Origin: Neovahlkampfia damariscottae
Lineage: Eukaryota
NCBI GenBank assembly: GCA_016618085.1
Contig: JABLTG010000035.1
Span: 62,001 to 126,000 of the forward strand
DNA: 64,000 nucleotides
Direction of reading: 5' to 3'
The position numbers and the translations under genes were made by a program. The notes below the pieces were generated by a model that saw only the letters and a program-made list of their open reading frames with translations, was not told the origin of the DNA and ran no database searches. Position 1 is the stretch's first letter. Every line of letters starts with the position of its first letter. Below are positions 62,529 to 64,000 of this stretch, in pieces.

Positions 62529-63487
62529 TCAAATAAGTTTTTCATAATTATATCCATGAATTTCTCTGACAAAAAAACCTAAATCATTTAATTTTATAGC
62601 ATGTTCAGAAATTGAATTAATTCTTTCATCTTTTGAATCAAATTCAATATTTAAAAGTGTTATTTTTTCATCAGGTTTAAATAACAAAGCAAATGTCTTT
62701 TCAATTTTTTTTGAATTAAAATTAGTTTGAATTGTAATGAGTGCACGATAACGATTATTTGAACAAGTTATATCTTCAACTTTGATTGAATGCATAAATC
62801 CAAGTACTTTGTTGAAATTTTTTAAGAATTGTTCTTCTTGTTGTAATTTTTTTGGAATACTCTTTTCCTTAATTTGATCTTGTACATTTGAGATATCTTT
62901 GAGAATTTTAACTTTTTCCATTTCCTTAAAATGGTTAAAAAGAACAATTAAAAAAAACTTGTTGAGTGATTTTTTGTTCCATTTCTTCAAAGTTAAGTGA
63001 AGAATGTTCAAGTTTATCCTTTTGAATATCGAATTTATTCATCAATGAATCACAAACTTCAAATTTTTCTTCGTACAGTTTTTTTTTTTCATTGATGGAT
63101 TGATTGACTTGAAGATGAGTTAATATTAAATCGAACTTTGATTAAGATTTTCTAAAGTATTTGTAACTTTTTCTTTCAAACTTTTGTATTCTTCTTTTTT
63201 TGTTTGATAGTTTTGTTTTTTTTGTGAATGTTTCTCTTCGAAGTTCTGTTGTATTTGTTCAAAATCGACACATTCTGGATCTAATGTGGCTAGTTCATTT
63301 AAAAAATAATTTTTAGAGTCCAATTCACGGAAGTTGAATTTTAATTTGGAAAAATGTTCCTAAAGTATAAGGTACTATTTTTATTTGAACTTACCTTGAT
63401 TTTAAAATGATCTATTTCTATTTTTTCATTAAATTTTTGTTGTTTTTTGAAGCTATACTGATCTTGGAGTTTAAATTTGTTGCTCAT
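62529..63487 (-). CDS. coiled-coil protein, possibly Sos7/Zwint-1-like kinetochore component, multi-exon
   Basis: Spliced K|EHFSKLKFNFRELDSKNYFL resembles fungal Sos7 KELFSKLRFSYVEQVTKEKF; coiled coil and possible RWD-like C-terminus. Confidence 0.5.
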
Positions 63488-63556
63488 GTTGAACTTTTAG
63501 TCAAACCGTTATTTTTTAAGCGGGATGATCAATGATTGGTTATTTTATTTCCACCA

Positions 63557-64000
63557 ATGGATTTTTTGAAAGATGCAATAAAAAGCAAAAAGGAAGAATA
63601 TAGTTCTCTGAAGAAAGATAAAACTAAAAAATGGGTAAAACGTGGAGATATTGAAGAAGAACAAAAAAAAAGATATTTAGAAGAACAAGAAAAAGAAAGA
63701 GTTGAAAAAGAAAAAAAGAAAAAAAGATATAATGTAGATATTGATGTAGATGAATCAAAAATGTTGAAACCCAAAATATTAACAAAAGAAGAACAAGAAT
63801 TATTTGAAAAATCAGAAATAATAAAAAAAGCATTGAGAGAACTCAAACAACCAATGACTTTATTTGGAGAAACAGACAAAGAAAGAGAACAAAGATTAGA
63901 ATTCATTGAAAAGAATGGAGTACCAAAAGAAATTAAAATTGAGTCTTTTGAATATCCAGAAGAAAAAAAAGAAACAAAATTAGAAAATATTTTCAAGTTT
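63557..64000 (+). CDS. PRP18: pre-mRNA splicing factor Prp18, 5' part
   Basis: MDFLKDAIKSKK...KWVKRGDI and PRP4-like motif LRELKQPMTLFGETDKEREQRL; frame open to the window end. Confidence 0.85.
   Translation, partial: MDFLKDAIKSKKEEYSSLKKDKTKKWVKRGDIEEEQKKRYLEEQEKERVEKEKKKKRYNVDIDVDESKMLKPKILTKEEQELFEKSEIIKKALRELKQPMTLFGETDKEREQRLEFIEKNGVPKEIKIESFEYPEEKKETKLENIFKF

Noticed and set aside
1134..63996. Many F/S/L-rich ORFs in the track (e.g. 1134-1397, 11527-11829, 31204-31485, 63529-63996)
   Set aside because: They are antisense or off-frame shadows of K/E-rich real genes
1..64000. CRISPR arrays, transposons, rRNA or tRNA genes, alternative genetic code
   Set aside because: None seen; apparent in-frame stops resolve as small introns, and long ORFs translate with the standard code

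Overview
Very AT-rich, extremely compact eukaryotic nuclear DNA with about 47 protein-coding genes or remnants. Genes are interrupted by tiny (about 28-40 nt) GT-AG introns, spacers are often under 100 bp, and CCAAT motifs lie just upstream of many start codons. Most genes are housekeeping (TBL1, TAF5, CIA1, AFG1, GatC, Wee1, coronin, PSMB4, SYF1, GlnRS, ERCC1, TFB5, Prp18). The standout signal is two intron-containing genes derived from the bacterial type II secretion system: a GspG-like pseudopilin with a long N-terminal extension (5294-6153, -) and a GspE-like protein with degenerate Walker A/B motifs (41228-42039, -), mostly invisible in the ORF track. They fit the mitochondrial T2SS-derived apparatus reported in heteroloboseans, jakobids and malawimonads, so the host is probably such a protist (inference). 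Also notable: an LRR-RhoGEF-TH1 protein with a RhoGDI-like tail, a CUE-vWA-RING protein, a coronin with a 7-nt micro-exon and acidic DDDW tail, and a decaying pocket with a frameshifted P450. All assignments are by eye from motifs; no searches were run.
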